A DNA stretch of 64,000 bases from contig OZ024740.1 in assembly GCA_964016885.1 (NCBI GenBank), positions 416,206,001 to 416,270,000 on the forward strand. Direction: 5' to 3'. Both the position numbers and the translations under genes were made by a program. Below, one piece after another: positions 14,001 through 29,300 of this stretch (position 1 is the first letter of the stretch; each line of letters begins with the position of its first letter). The notes beneath the pieces were generated by a model, which saw only the letters and a program-made list of their open reading frames with translations, had not been told where the DNA came from and searched no databases. The stretch is from Eledone cirrhosa (lineage: Eukaryota).

Positions 14001-17000
14001 GTGGCACTATTTACAACCTGTTCACTGATCAGTTCCTCTTGCAACCCAATATTAGTGGCACTATTTACAACCTGTTCACTGATCAGTTCCTCTTGCAACC
14101 CATTGTTAGTGGCACTATTTACAACCTGTTCACTGGTACAGTTCCTCTTGTAACCCAATATTAGTGGCACTATTTACAACCTGTTCACTGATACAGTTCC
14201 TGTTGCAACCCAATGTTAGTGGCACTATTTACAACCTGTTCACTGGTACAGTTCCTCTTGCAACCCAATGTTAGTTGCACTATTTACAACCTGTTCACTG
14301 GTACAGTTCCTCTTGCAATATTAGTGGCACTATTTACAACCTGTTCACTGGTACAGTTCCTCTTGCAACCCAATGTTAGTGGCACTATTTACAACCTGTT
14401 CACTGGTACAGTTCCTCTTGCAACCCAATATTAGTGGCACTATTTACAACCTGTTCAGTGGTACAGTCCCTCTTGTAACCCAATGTTAGTGGCACTATTT
14501 GCAACCTATTCACTGGTACAGTTCCTCTTGTAACCCGATATTAGTGGCACTATTTACAACCTGTTCACTGGTACAGTTCCTCTTGCAATATTAGTGGCAC
14601 TATTTACAACCTGTTCACTGGTACAGTTCCTCTTGCAACCCAATGTTAGTGGCACTATTTACAACCTGTTCACTGGTACAGTTCCTCTTGCAACCCAATA
14701 TTAGTGGCACTATTTACAACCTGTTCACTGGTACAGTTCCTCTTGCAACCCAATATTAGTGGCACTATTTACAACCTGTTCAGTGGTACAGTTCCTCTTG
14801 TAACCCAATGTTAGTGGCACTATTTACAACCTGTTCACTGGTACAGTTCCTCTTGCAATATTAGTGGCACTATTTACAACCTGTTCACTGGTACAGTTCC
14901 TCTTGCAACCCAATGTTAGTGGTACTATTTACAACCTGTTCACTGGTACAGTTCCTCTAGCAACCCAATATTAGTGGCACTATTTACAACCTGTTCACTG
15001 GTACAGTTCCTCTTGCAACCCAATATTAGTGGTACTATTTACAACCTGTTCACTGGTACAGTTCCTCTTGCAACCCAATGTTAGTGGTACTATTTGCAAC
15101 CTGTTCACTGATTCAGTTCCTGTTGCAACCCAATATTAGTGGCACTATTTACAACCTGTTCACTGATTCAGTTCCTGTTGCAACCCAATATTAGTGGCAC
15201 TATTTACAACCTGTTCACTGATACAGTTCCTCTTGCAACCCAATGTTAGTGGCACTATTTACAACTTGTTCACTGGTACAGTTCCTCTTGCAACCCAATG
15301 TTAGTGGCACTATTTACAACTTGTTCACTGGTACAGTTCCTCTTGCAACCCAATGTTAGTGGCACTATTTACAACCTGTTCACTGGTACAGTTCCTCTTG
15401 CAACCCAATGTTAGTGGCACTATTTACAACCTGTTCACTGGTACAGTTCCTCTTGCAACCCAATGTTAGTGGCACTATTTACAACCTGTTCACTGGTACA
15501 GTTCCTCTTGCAACCCAATATTAGTGGCACTATTTACAACCTGTTCACTGGTACAGTTCCTCTTGCAACCCAATGTTAGTGGCACTATTTACAACCTGTT
15601 CACTGATACAGTTCCTGTTACAACCCAATGTTAGTGGCACTATTTACAACCTGTTCACTGGTACAGTTCCTCTTGCAACCCAATGTTAGTGGCACTATTT
15701 ACAACCTGTTCACTGGTACAGTTCCTCTTGCAACCCAATGTTAGTGGCACTATTTACAACCTGTTCACTGATACAGTTCCTCTTGCAACCCAATGTTAGT
15801 GGCACTATTTACAACCTGTTCACTGGTACAATTCCTCTTGCAAGCCAATGTTAGTGGCACTACTTACAACCTGTTCACTGGTACAGTTCCTGTTGCAACC
15901 CAATGTTAGTGGCACTATTTACAACCTGTTCACTGGTACAGTTCCTGTTGCAACCCAATATTAGTGGCACTATTTACAACCTGTTCACTGGTACAGTTCC
16001 TCTTGCAACCCAATGTTAGTGGCACTATTTACAACCTGTTCACTGATACAGTTCCTGTTACAACCCAATGTTAGTGGCACTATTTACAACCTGTTCACTG
16101 GTACAGTTCCTCTTGCAACCCAATGTTAGTGGCACTATTCACAACCTGTTCACTGGTACAGTTCCTCTTGCAACCCAATGTTAGTGGCACTATTTACAAC
16201 CTGTTCACTGATACAGTTCTTGTTGTAACCCAATGTTAGTGGTACTATTTACAACCTGTTCACTGATACAGTTCCTCTTGCAACCCAATGTTAGTGGCAC
16301 TATTTACAACCTGTTCACTGATACAATTCCTCTTGCAACCCAATGTTAGTGGCACTATTTACAACCTGTTCACTGATACAGTTCCTGTTGCAACCCAATG
16401 TTAGTGGCACTATTTACAACCTGTTCACTGATACAGTTCCTCTTGCAACCCAATGTTAGTGGCACTACTTACAACCTGTTCACTGGTACAGTTCCTCTTG
16501 CAATATTAGTGGCACTATTTACAACCTGTTCACTGGTACAGTTCCTCTTGCAACCCAATGTTAGTGGCACTATTTACAACCTGTTCACTGGTACAGTTCC
16601 TCTTGCAATATTAGTGGCACTATTTACAACCTGTTCACTGGTACAGTTCCTCTTGCAACCCAATGTTAGTGGCACTATTTACAACCTGTTCTCTGGTACT
16701 GTTCCTCTTGCAATATTAGTTGCACTATTTACAACCTGTTTACTGATACAGTTGCTGTTGCAACCCAATATTAGTGGCACTATTTACAACCTGTTCACTG
16801 GTACAGTTCCTCTTGCAATATTAGTGGCACTATTTACAACCTGTTCACTGGTACAGTTCCTCTTGCAACCCAATGTTAGTGGTACTATTTGCAACCTGTT
16901 CACTGATTCAGTTCCTGTTGCAACCCAATATTAGTGGCACTATTTACAACCTGTTCACTGATTCAGTTCCTGTTGCAACCCAATATTAGTGGCACTATTT

Positions 17001-17349
17001 ACAACCTGTTCACTGATACAGTTCCTCTTGCAACCCAATGTTAGTGGCACTATTTACAACTTGTTCACTGGTACAGTTCCTCTTGCAACCCAATGTTAGT
17101 GGCACTATTTACAACTTGTTCACTGGTACAGTTCCTCTTGCAACCCAATGTTAGTGGCACTATTTACAACCTGTTCACTGGTACAGTTCCTCTTGCAACC
17201 CAATGTTAGTGGCACTATTTACAACCTGTTCACTGGTACAGTTCCTCTTGCAACCCAATGTTAGTGGCACTATTTACAACCTGTTCACTGGTACAGTTCC
17301 TCTTGCAACCCAATATTAGTGGCACTATTTACAACCTGTTCACTGGTAC

Positions 17350-20300
17350 AGTTCCTCTTGCAACCCAATGTTAGTGGCACTATTTACAACCTGTTCACTG
17401 ATACAGTTCCTGTTACAACCCAATGTTAGTGGCACTATTTACAACCTGTTCACTGGTACAGTTCCTCTTGCAACCCAATGTTAGTGGCACTATTTACAAC
17501 CTGTTCACTGGTACAGTTCCTCTTGCAACCCAATGTTAGTGGCACTATTTACAACCTGTTCACTGATACAGTTCCTCTTGCAACCCAATGTTAGTGGCAC
17601 TATTTACAACCTGTTCACTGGTACAATTCCTCTTGCAAGCCAATGTTAGTGGCACTACTTACAACCTGTTCACTGGTACAGTTCCTGTTGCAACCCAATG
17701 TTAGTGGCACTATTTACAACCTGTTCACTGGTACAGTTCCTGTTGCAACCCAATATTAGTGGCACTATTTACAACCTGTTCACTGGTACAGTTCCTCTTG
17801 CAACCCAATGTTAGTGGCACTATTTACAACCTGTTCACTGATACAGTTCCTGTTACAACCCAATGTTAGTGGCACTATTTACAACCTGTTCACTGGTACA
17901 GTTCCTCTTGCAACCCAATGTTAGTGGCACTATTTACAACCTGTTCACTGGTACAGTTCCTCTTGCAACCCAATGTTAGTGGCACTATTTACAACCTGTT
18001 CACTGATACAGTTCTTGTTGTAACCCAATGTTAGTGGTACTATTTACAACCTGTTCACTGATACAGTTCCTCTTGCAACCCAATGTTAGTGGCACTATTT
18101 ACAACCTGTTCACTGATACAGTTCCTGTTGCAACCCAATGTTAGTGGCACTATTTACAACCTGTTCACTGATACAATTCCTCTTGCAACCCAATGTTAGT
18201 GGCACTATTTACAACCTGTTCACTGATACAGTTCCTGTTGCAACCCAATGTTAGTGGCACTATTTACAACCTGTTCACTGATACAGTTCCTCTTGCAACC
18301 CAATGTTAGTGGCACTACTTACAACCTGTTCACTGGTACAGTTCCTCTTGCAATATTAGTGGCACTATTTACAACCTGTTCACTGGTACAGTTCCTCTTG
18401 CAACCCAATGTTAGTGGCACTATTTACAACCTGTTCACTGGTACAGTTCCTCTTGCAATATTAGTGGCACTATTTACAACCTGTTCACTGGTACAGTTCC
18501 TCTTGCAACCCAATGTTAGTGGCACTATTTACAACCTGTTCTCTGGTACTGTTCCTCTTGCAATATTAGTTGCACTATTTACAACCTGTTTACTGATACA
18601 GTTGCTGTTGCAACCCAATATTAGTGGCACTATTTACAACCTGTTCACTGGTACAGTTCCTCTTGCAATATTAGTGGCACTATTTACAACCTGTTCACTG
18701 GTACAGTTCCTCTTGTAACCCAATGTTAGTGGCACTATTTACAACCTCTTCACTGGTACAGTTCCTCTTGCAATATTAGTGGCACTATTTACAACCTGTT
18801 CACTGGTACAGTTCCTCTTGCAACCCAATGTTAGTGGCACTATTTACAACCTGTTCTCTGGTACTGTTCCTCTTGCAATATTAGTTGCACTATTTACAAC
18901 CTGTTCACTGATACAGTTCCTGTTGCAACCCAATATTAGTGGCACTATTTACAACCTGTTCACTGGTACAGTTCCTCTTGTAACCCAATGTTAGTGGCAC
19001 TATTTACAACCTGTTCTCTGGTACAGTTCCTCTTGCAACCCAATGTTAGTGGCACTATTTACAACCTGTTCTCTGGTACAGTTCCTCTTGCAACCCAATG
19101 TTAGTGGCACTATTTACAACCTGTTCACTGATCAGTTCCTCTTGCAACCCAATATTAGTGGCACTATTTACAACCTGTTCACTGATACAGTTCCTGTTGC
19201 AACCCAATGTTAGTGGCACTATTTACAACCTGTTCACTGGTACAGTTCCTCTTGCAACCCAATGTTAGTGGCACTATTTACAACCTGTTCACTGATACAG
19301 TTCCTCTTGCAACCCAATGTTAGTGGCACTATTTACAACCTGTTCACTGATCAGTTCCTCTTGCAACCCAATATTAGTGGCACTATTTACAACCTGTTCA
19401 CTGATACAGTTCCTCTTGCAACCCAATGTTAGTGGCACTATTTACAACCTGTTCACTGATCAGTTCCTGTTACAACCCAATATTAGTGGTACTATTTACA
19501 ACCTGTTCACTGGTACAGTTCCTCTTGCAACCCAATGTTAGTGGCACTATTTACAATCTGTTCACTGGTACAGTTCCTGTTACAACCCAATGTTAGTGGA
19601 ATTATTTACAACCTGTTCACTGGTACAGTTCCTGTTGCAACCCAATGTTAGTGGCACTATTTACAACCTGTTCACTGATACAGTTCCTCTTGTAACCCAA
19701 TGTTAGTGGCACTATTTACAACTTGTTCACTGGTACAGTTCCTGTTGCAACCCAATATTAGTGGCACTATTTACAACCTGTTCACTGATACAGTTCCTCT
19801 TGCAACCCAATGTTAGTGGCACTATTTACAACCTGTTCACTGATACAGTTCCTCTTGCAACCCAATGTTAGTGGCACTATTTACAACCTGTTCACTGATA
19901 CAGTTCCTCTTGCAACCCAATATTAGTGGCACTATTTACAACCTGTTCACTGATACAGTTCCTCTTGTAACCCAATGTTAGTGGCACTATTTACAACCTG
20001 TTCACTTGTACAGTTCCTGTTGTAACCCAATATTAGTGGCACTATTTACAACCTGTTCACTGATACAGTTCCTCTTGCAACCCAATGTTAGTGGCACTAT
20101 TTACAACCTGTTCACTGATCAGTTCCTCTTGCAACCCAATGTTAGTGGCACTATTTACAACCTGTTCACTGGTACAGTTCCTCTTGCAACCCAATGTTAG
20201 TGGCACTATTTACAACCTGTTCACTGATACAGCTCCTCTTGCAACCCAATATTAGTGGCACTATTTACAACCTGTTCACTGGTGCAGTTCCTCTTGCAAC

Positions 20301-23300
20301 CCAATGTTAGTGGCACTACTTACAACCTGTTCACTGGTACAGTTCCTCTTGCAACCCAATGTTAGTGGCACTATTTACAACCTGTTCACTGGTACAGTTC
20401 CTCTTGCAACCCAATATTAGTGGCACTATTTACAACCTGTTCACTGGTACAGTTCCTCTTGTAACCCAATGTTAGTGGTACTATTTACAACCTGTTCACT
20501 GATCAGTTCCTCTTGCAACCCAATGTTAGTGGCACTATTTACAACCTGTTCACTGGTACAGTTCCTCTTGTAACCCAATGTTAGTGGCACTATTTGCAAC
20601 CTGTTCGCTGGTACAGTTCCTCTTGCAACCCAATATTAGTGGCACTATTTACAACCTATTCACTGGTACAGTTCCTCTTGCAACCCAATGTTAGTGGCAC
20701 TATTTACAACCTGTTCACTGGTACAGTTCCTCTTGTAACCCAATGTTAGTGGCACTATTTACAACCTGTTCACTGGTACAGTTCCTGTTGCAACCCAATG
20801 TTAGTGGCACTATTTACAACCTGTTCACTGGTACAGTTCCTGTTGCAACCCAATGTTAGTGGCACTATTTACAACCTGTTCACTGGTACAGTTCCTCTTG
20901 CAACCCAATGTTAGTGGCACTATTTACAACCTGTTCACTGGTACAGTTCCTGTTGCAACCCAATGTTAGTGGCACTATTTACAACCTGTTCACTGGTACA
21001 GTTCCTCTTGTAACCCAATGTTAGTGGCACTATTTACACCCTGTTCACTGGTACAGTTCCTCTTGCAACCCAATGTTAGTGGCACTATTTACAACCTGTT
21101 CACTGGTACAGTTCCTCTTGCAACCCAATGTTAGTGGAACTATTTACAACCTGTTCACTGGTACAGTACCTCTTGTAACCCACTGTTAGTGGTACTATTT
21201 ACAACCTGTTCACTGGTACAGTACCTCTTGCAACCCAATGTTAGTGGCACTATTTACAACCTGTTCACTGGTACAGTTCCTGTTGCAACCCAATGTTAGT
21301 GGCACTATTTACAACCTGTTCACTGATACATTTCCTGTTGCAACCCAATATTAGTGGCACTATTTACAACCTGTTCACTGGTACAGCTCCTGTTGCAACC
21401 CAATGTTAGTGACACTATTTACAACCTGTTCACTGGTACAGTTCCTCTTGCAATATTAGTGGCACTATTTACAACCTGTTCACTGGTACAGTTCCTCTTG
21501 CAATATTAGTGGCACTATTTACAACCTGTTCACTGGTACAGTTCCTCTTGCAACCCAATGTTAGTGACACTATTTACAACCTGTTCACTGGTACAGTTCC
21601 TCTTGCAACCCAATGTTAGTGGCACTATTTACAACCTATTCACTGGTACAGTTCCTCTTGCAATATTAGTGGCACTATTTGCAACCTGTTCACTGATACA
21701 GTTCCTCTTGCAACCCAATGTTAGTGGCACTATTTACAACCTGTTCACTGATACAATTCCTCTTGCAACCCAATGTTAGTGGCACTATTTACAACCTGTT
21801 CACTGATACAGTTCCTGTTGCAACCCAATGTTAGTGGCACTATTTACAACCTGTTCACTGATACAGTTCCTCTTGCAACCCAATGTTAGTGGCACTACTT
21901 ACAACCTGTTCACTGGTACAGTTCCTCTTGCAATATTAGTGGCACTATTTACAACCTGTTCACTGGTACAGTTCCTCTTGCAACCCAATGTTAGTGGCAC
22001 TATTTACAACCTGTTCACTGGTACAGTTCCTCTTGCAATATTAGTGGCACTATTTACAACCTGTTCACTGGTACAGTTCCTCTTGCAACCCAATGTTAGT
22101 GGCACTATTTACAACCTGTTCTCTGGTACTGTTCCTCTTGCAATATTAGTTCACTATTTACAACCTGTTCACTGATACAGTTCCTGTTGCAACCCAATAT
22201 TAGTGGCACTATTTACAACCTGTTCACTGGTACAGTTCCTCTTGCAATATTAGTGGCACTATTTACAACCTGTTCACTGGTACAGTTCCTCTTGCAATAT
22301 TAGTGGCACTATTTACAACCTGTTCACTGGCACAGTTCCTCTTGTAACCCAATGTTAGTGGCACTATTTACAACCTGTTCTCTGGTACAGTTCCTCTTGC
22401 AACCCAATGTTAGTGGCACTATTTACAACCTGTTCTCTGGTACAGTTCCTCTTGCAACCCAATGTTAGTGGCACTATTTACAACCTGTTCACTGATCAGT
22501 TCCTCTTGCAACCCAATATTAGTGGCACTATTTACAACCTGTTCACTGATACAGTTCCTGTTGCAACCCAATGTTAGTGGCACTATTTACAACCTGTTCA
22601 CTGGTACAGTTCCTCTTGCAACCCAAAGTTAGTGGCACTATTTACAACCTGTTCACTGATACAGTTCCTCTTGCAACCCAATGTTAGTGGCACTATTTAC
22701 CACCTGTTCACTGATCAGTTCCTCTTGCAACCCAATATTAGTGGCACTATTACAACCTGTTCACTGATACAGTTCCTCTTGCAAGCCAATGTTAGTGGCA
22801 CTATTTACAACCTGTTCACTGATCAGTTCCTCTTGCAACCCATTGTTAGTGGCACTATTTACAACCTGTTCACTGGTACAGTTCCTCTTGTAACCCAATA
22901 TTAGTGGCACTATTTACAACCTGTTCACTGATACAGTTCCTGTTGCAACCCAATGTTAGTGGCACTATTTACAACCTGTTCACTCGTACAGTTCCTCTTG
23001 CAACCCAATGTTAGTGGCACTATTTACAACCTGTTCACTGGTACAGTTCCTGTTACAACCCAATATTAGTGGCACTATTTACAACCTGTTCACTGGTACA
23101 GTTCCTCTTGCAACCCAATGTTAGTGGCACTATTTACAATCTGTTCACTGGTACAGTTCCTGTTGCAACCCAATGTTAGTGGCATTATTTACAACCTGTT
23201 CACTGGTACAGTTCCTGTTGCAACCCAATGTTAGTGGCACTATTTACAACCTGTTCACCGGTACAGTTCCTCTTGTAACCCAATGTTAGTGGCACTATTT

Positions 23301-26300
23301 ACAACCTGTTCACTGGTACAGTTCCTGTTGCAACCCAATGTTAGTGGCACTATTTACAACCTGTTCACTGATACAGTTCCTCTTGCAACCCAATCTTAGT
23401 GGCACTATTTACAACTTGTTCACTGGTACAGTTCCTCTTGCAACCCAATGTTAGTGGCACTATTTACAACCTGTTCACTGATACAGTTCCTCTTGCAACC
23501 CAATGTTAGTGGCACTATTTACAACCTGTTCACTGATCAGTTCCTCTTGCAACCCAATGTTAGTGGCACTATTTACAACCTGTTCACTGATCAGTTCCTC
23601 TTGCAACCCAATGTTAGTGGCACTATTTACAACCTGTTCACTGGTACAGTTCCTCTTGCAACCCAATGTTAGTGGCACTATTTACAACCTGTTCACTGAT
23701 ACAGCTCCTCTTGCAACCCAATGTTAGTGGCACTATTTACAACCTGTTCACTGGTGCAGTTCCTCTTGCAACCCAATGTTAGTGGCACTACTTACAACCT
23801 GTTCACTGGTACAGTTCCTCTTGCAACCCAATGTTAGTGGCACTATTTACAACCTGTTCACTGGTACAGTTCCTCTTGCAACCCAATATTAGTGGCACTA
23901 TTTACAACCTGTTCACTGGTACAGTTCCTCTTGTAACCCAATGTTAGTGGTACTATTTACAACCTGTTCACTGATCAGTTCCTCTTGCAACCCAATATTA
24001 GTGGCACTATTTACAACCTGTTCACTGGTACAGTTCCTCTTGTAACCCAATGTTAGTGGCACTATTTACAACCTGTTCACTGGTACAGTTCCTGTTGCAA
24101 CCCAATGTTAGTGGCACTATTTACAACCTGTTCACTGGTACAGTTCCTCTTGCAACCCAATGTTAGTGGCACTATTTACAACCTGTTCACTGATACAGTT
24201 CCTGTTACAACCCAATGTTAGTGGCACTATTTACAACCTGTTCACTGGTACAGTTCCTCTTGCAACCCAATGTTAGTGGCACTATTTACAACCTGTTCAC
24301 TGGTACAGTTCCTCTTGCAACCCAATGTTAGTGGCACTATTTACAACCTGTTCACTGATACAGTTCCTCTTGCAACCCAATGTTAGTGGCACTATTTACA
24401 ACCTGTTCACTGGTACAATTCCTCTTGCAAGCCAATGTTAGTGGCACTACTTACAACCTGTTCACTGGTACAGTTCCTGTTGCAACCCAATGTTAGTGGC
24501 ACTATTTACAACCTGTTCACTGGTACAGTTCCTGTTGCAACCCAATATTAGTGGCACTATTTACAACCTGTTCACTGGTACAGTTCCTCTTGCAACCCAA
24601 TGTTAGTGGCACTATTTACAACCTGTTCACTGATACAGTTCCTGTTACAACCCAATGTTAGTGGCACTATTTACAACCTGTTCACTGGTACAGTTCCTCT
24701 TGCAACCCAATGTTAGTGGCACTATTTACAACCTGTTCACTGGTACAGTTCCTCTTGCAACCCAATGTTAGTGGCACTATTTACAACCTGTTCACTGATA
24801 CAGTTCTTGTTGTAACCCAATGTTAGTGGTACTATTTACAACCTGTTCACTGATACAGTTCCTCTTGCAACCCAATGTTAGTGGCACTATTTACAACCTG
24901 TTCACTGATACAGTTCCTGTTGCAACCCAATGTTAGTGGCACTATTTACAACCTGTTCACTGATACAATTCCTCTTGCAACCCAATGTTAGTGGCACTAT
25001 TTACAACCTGTTCACTGATACAGTTCCTGTTGCAACCCAATGTTAGTGGCACTATTTACAACCTGTTCACTGATACAGTTCCTCTTGCAACCCAATGTTA
25101 GTGGCACTACTTACAACCTGTTCACTGGTACAGTTCCTCTTGCAATATTAGTGGCACTATTTACAACCTGTTCACTGGTACAGTTCCTCTTGCAACCCAA
25201 TGTTAGTGGCACTATTTACAACCTGTTCACTGGTACAGTTCCTCTTGCAATATTAGTGGCACTATTTACAACCTGTTCACTGGTACAGTTCCTCTTGCAA
25301 CCCAATGTTAGTGGCACTATTTACAACCTGTTCTCTGGTACTGTTCCTCTTGCAATATTAGTTGCACTATTTACAACCTGTTTACTGATACAGTTGCTGT
25401 TGCAACCCAATATTAGTGGCACTATTTACAACCTGTTCACTGGTACAGTTCCTCTTGCAATATTAGTGGCACTATTTACAACCTGTTCACTGGTACAGTT
25501 CCTCTTGTAACCCAATGTTAGTGGCACTATTTACAACCTCTTCACTGGTACAGTTCCTCTTGCAATATTAGTGGCACTATTTACAACCTGTTCACTGGTA
25601 CAGTTCCTCTTGCAACCCAATGTTAGTGGCACTATTTACAACCTGTTCTCTGGTACTGTTCCTCTTGCAATATTAGTTGCACTATTTACAACCTGTTCAC
25701 TGATACAGTTCCTGTTGCAACCCAATATTAGTGGCACTATTTACAACCTGTTCACTGGTACAGTTCCTCTTGTAACCCAATGTTAGTGGCACTATTTACA
25801 ACCTGTTCTCTGGTACAGTTCCTCTTGCAACCCAATGTTAGTGGCACTATTTACAACCTGTTCTCTGGTACAGTTCCTCTTGCAACCCAATGTTAGTGGC
25901 ACTATTTACAACCTGTTCACTGATCAGTTCCTCTTGCAACCCAATATTAGTGGCACTATTTACAACCTGTTCACTGATACAGTTCCTGTTGCAACCCAAT
26001 GTTAGTGGCACTATTTACAACCTGTTCACTGGTACAGTTCCTCTTGCAACCCAATGTTAGTGGCACTATTTACAACCTGTTCACTGATACAGTTCCTCTT
26101 GCAACCCAATGTTAGTGGCACTATTTACAACCTGTTCACTGATCAGTTCCTCTTGCAACCCAATATTAGTGGCACTATTTACAACCTGTTCACTGATACA
26201 GTTCCTCTTGCAACCCAATGTTAGTGGCACTATTTACAACCTGTTCACTGATCAGTTCCTGTTACAACCCAATATTAGTGGTACTATTTACAACCTGTTC

Positions 26301-29300
26301 ACTGGTACAGTTCCTCTTGCAACCCAATGTTAGTGGCACTATTTACAATCTGTTCACTGGTACAGTTCCTGTTACAACCCAATGTTAGTGGCATTATTTA
26401 CAACCTGTTCACTGGTACAGTTCCTGTTGCAACCCAATGTTAGTGGCACTATTTACAACCTGTTCACTGGCACAGTTCCTCTTGTAACCCAATGTTAGTG
26501 GCACTATTTACAACCTGTTCTCTGGTACAGTTCCTCTTGCAACCCAATGTTAGTGGCACTATTTACAACCTGTTCTCTGGTACAGTTCCTCTTGCAACCC
26601 AATGTTAGTGGCACTATTTACAACCTGTTCACTGATCAGTTCCTCTTGCAACCCAATATTAGTGGCACTATTTACAACCTGTTCACTGATACAGTTCCTG
26701 TTGCAACCCAATGTTAGTGGCACTATTTACAACCTGTTCACTGGTACAGTTCCTCTTGCAACCCAAAGTTAGTGGCACTATTTACAACCTGTTCACTGAT
26801 ACAGTTCCTCTTGCAACCCAATGTTAGTGGCACTATTTACCACCTGTTCACTGATCAGTTCCTCTTGCAACCCAATATTAGTGGCACTATTACAACCTGT
26901 TCACTGATACAGTTCCTCTTGCAAGCCAATGTTAGTGGCACTATTTACAACCTGTTCACTGATCAGTTCCTCTTGCAACCCATTGTTAGTGGCACTATTT
27001 ACAACCTGTTCACTGGTACAGTTCCTCTTGTAACCCAATATTAGTGGCACTATTTACAACCTGTTCACTGATACAGTTCCTGTTGCAACCCAATGTTAGT
27101 GGCACTATTTACAACCTGTTCACTCGTACAGTTCCTCTTGCAACCCAATGTTAGTGGCACTATTTACAACCTGTTCACTGGTACAGTTCCTGTTACAACC
27201 CAATATTAGTGGCACTATTTACAACCTGTTCACTGGTACAGTTCCTCTTGCAACCCAATGTTAGTGGCACTATTTACAATCTGTTCACTGGTACAGTTCC
27301 TGTTGCAACCCAATGTTAGTGGCATTATTTACAACCTGTTCACTGGTACAGTTCCTGTTGCAACCCAATGTTAGTGGCACTATTTACAACCTGTTCACCG
27401 GTACAGTTCCTCTTGTAACCCAATGTTAGTGGCACTATTTACAACCTGTTCACTGGTACAGTTCCTGTTGCAACCCAATGTTAGTGGCACTATTTACAAC
27501 CTGTTCACTGATACAGTTCCTCTTGCAACCCAATCTTAGTGGCACTATTTACAACTTGTTCACTGGTACAGTTCCTCTTGCAACCCAATGTTAGTGGCAC
27601 TATTTACAACCTGTTCACTGATACAGTTCCTCTTGCAACCCAATGTTAGTGGCACTATTTACAACCTGTTCACTGATCAGTTCCTCTTGCAACCCAATGT
27701 TAGTGGCACTATTTACAACCTGTTCACTGATCAGTTCCTCTTGCAACCCAATGTTAGTGGCACTATTTACAACCTGTTCACTGGTACAGTTCCTCTTGCA
27801 ACCCAATGTTAGTGGCACTATTTACAACCTGTTCACTGATACAGCTCCTCTTGCAACCCAATGTTAGTGGCACTATTTACAACCTGTTCACTGGTGCAGT
27901 TCCTCTTGCAACCCAATGTTAGTGGCACTACTTACAACCTGTTCACTGGTACAGTTCCTCTTGCAACCCAATGTTAGTGGCACTATTTACAACCTGTTCA
28001 CTGGTACAGTTCCTCTTGCAACCCAATATTAGTGGCACTATTTACAACCTGTTCACTGGTACAGTTCCTCTTGTAACCCAATGTTAGTGGTACTATTTAC
28101 AACCTGTTCACTGATCAGTTCCTCTTGCAACCCAATATTAGTGGCACTATTTACAACCTGTTCACTGGTACAGTTCCTCTTGTAACCCAATGTTAGTGGC
28201 ACTATTTACAACCTGTTCACTGGTACAGTTCCTGTTGCAACCCAATGTTAGTGGCACTATTTACAACCTGTTCACTGGTACAGTTCCTCTTGCAACCCAA
28301 TGTTAGTGGCACTATTTACAACCTGTTCACTGATACAGTTCCTGTTACAACCCAATGTTAGTGGCACTATTTACAACCTGTTCACTGGTACAGTTCCTCT
28401 TGCAACCCAATGTTAGTGGCACTATTTACAACCTGTTCACTGGTACAGTTCCTCTTGCAACCCAATGTTAGTGGCACTATTTACAACCTGTTCACTGATA
28501 CAGTTCCTCTTGCAACCCAATGTTAGTGGCACTATTTACAACCTGTTCACTGGTACAATTCCTCTTGCAAGCCAATGTTAGTGGCACTACTTACAACCTG
28601 TTCACTGGTACAGTTCCTGTTGCAACCCAATGTTAGTGGCACTATTTACAACCTGTTCACTGGTACAGTTCCTGTTGCAACCCAATATTAGTGGCACTAT
28701 TTACAACCTGTTCACTGGTACAGTTCCTCTTGCAACCCAATGTTAGTGGCACTATTTACAACCTGTTCACTGATACAGTTCCTGTTACAACCCAATGTTA
28801 GTGGCACTATTTACAACCTGTTCACTGGTACAGTTCCTCTTGCAACCCAATGTTAGTGGCACTATTTACAACCTGTTCACTGGTACAGTTCCTCTTGCAA
28901 CCCAATGTTAGTGGCACTATTTACAACCTGTTCACTGATACAGTTCTTGTTGTAACCCAATGTTAGTGGTACTATTTACAACCTGTTCACTGATACAGTT
29001 CCTCTTGCAACCCAATGTTAGTGGCACTATTTACAACCTGTTCACTGATACAGTTCCTGTTGCAACCCAATGTTAGTGGCACTATTTACAACCTGTTCAC
29101 TGATACAATTCCTCTTGCAACCCAATGTTAGTGGCACTATTTACAACCTGTTCACTGATACAGTTCCTGTTGCAACCCAATGTTAGTGGCACTATTTACA
29201 ACCTGTTCACTGATACAGTTCCTCTTGCAACCCAATGTTAGTGGCACTACTTACAACCTGTTCACTGGTACAGTTCCTCTTGCAATATTAGTGGCACTAT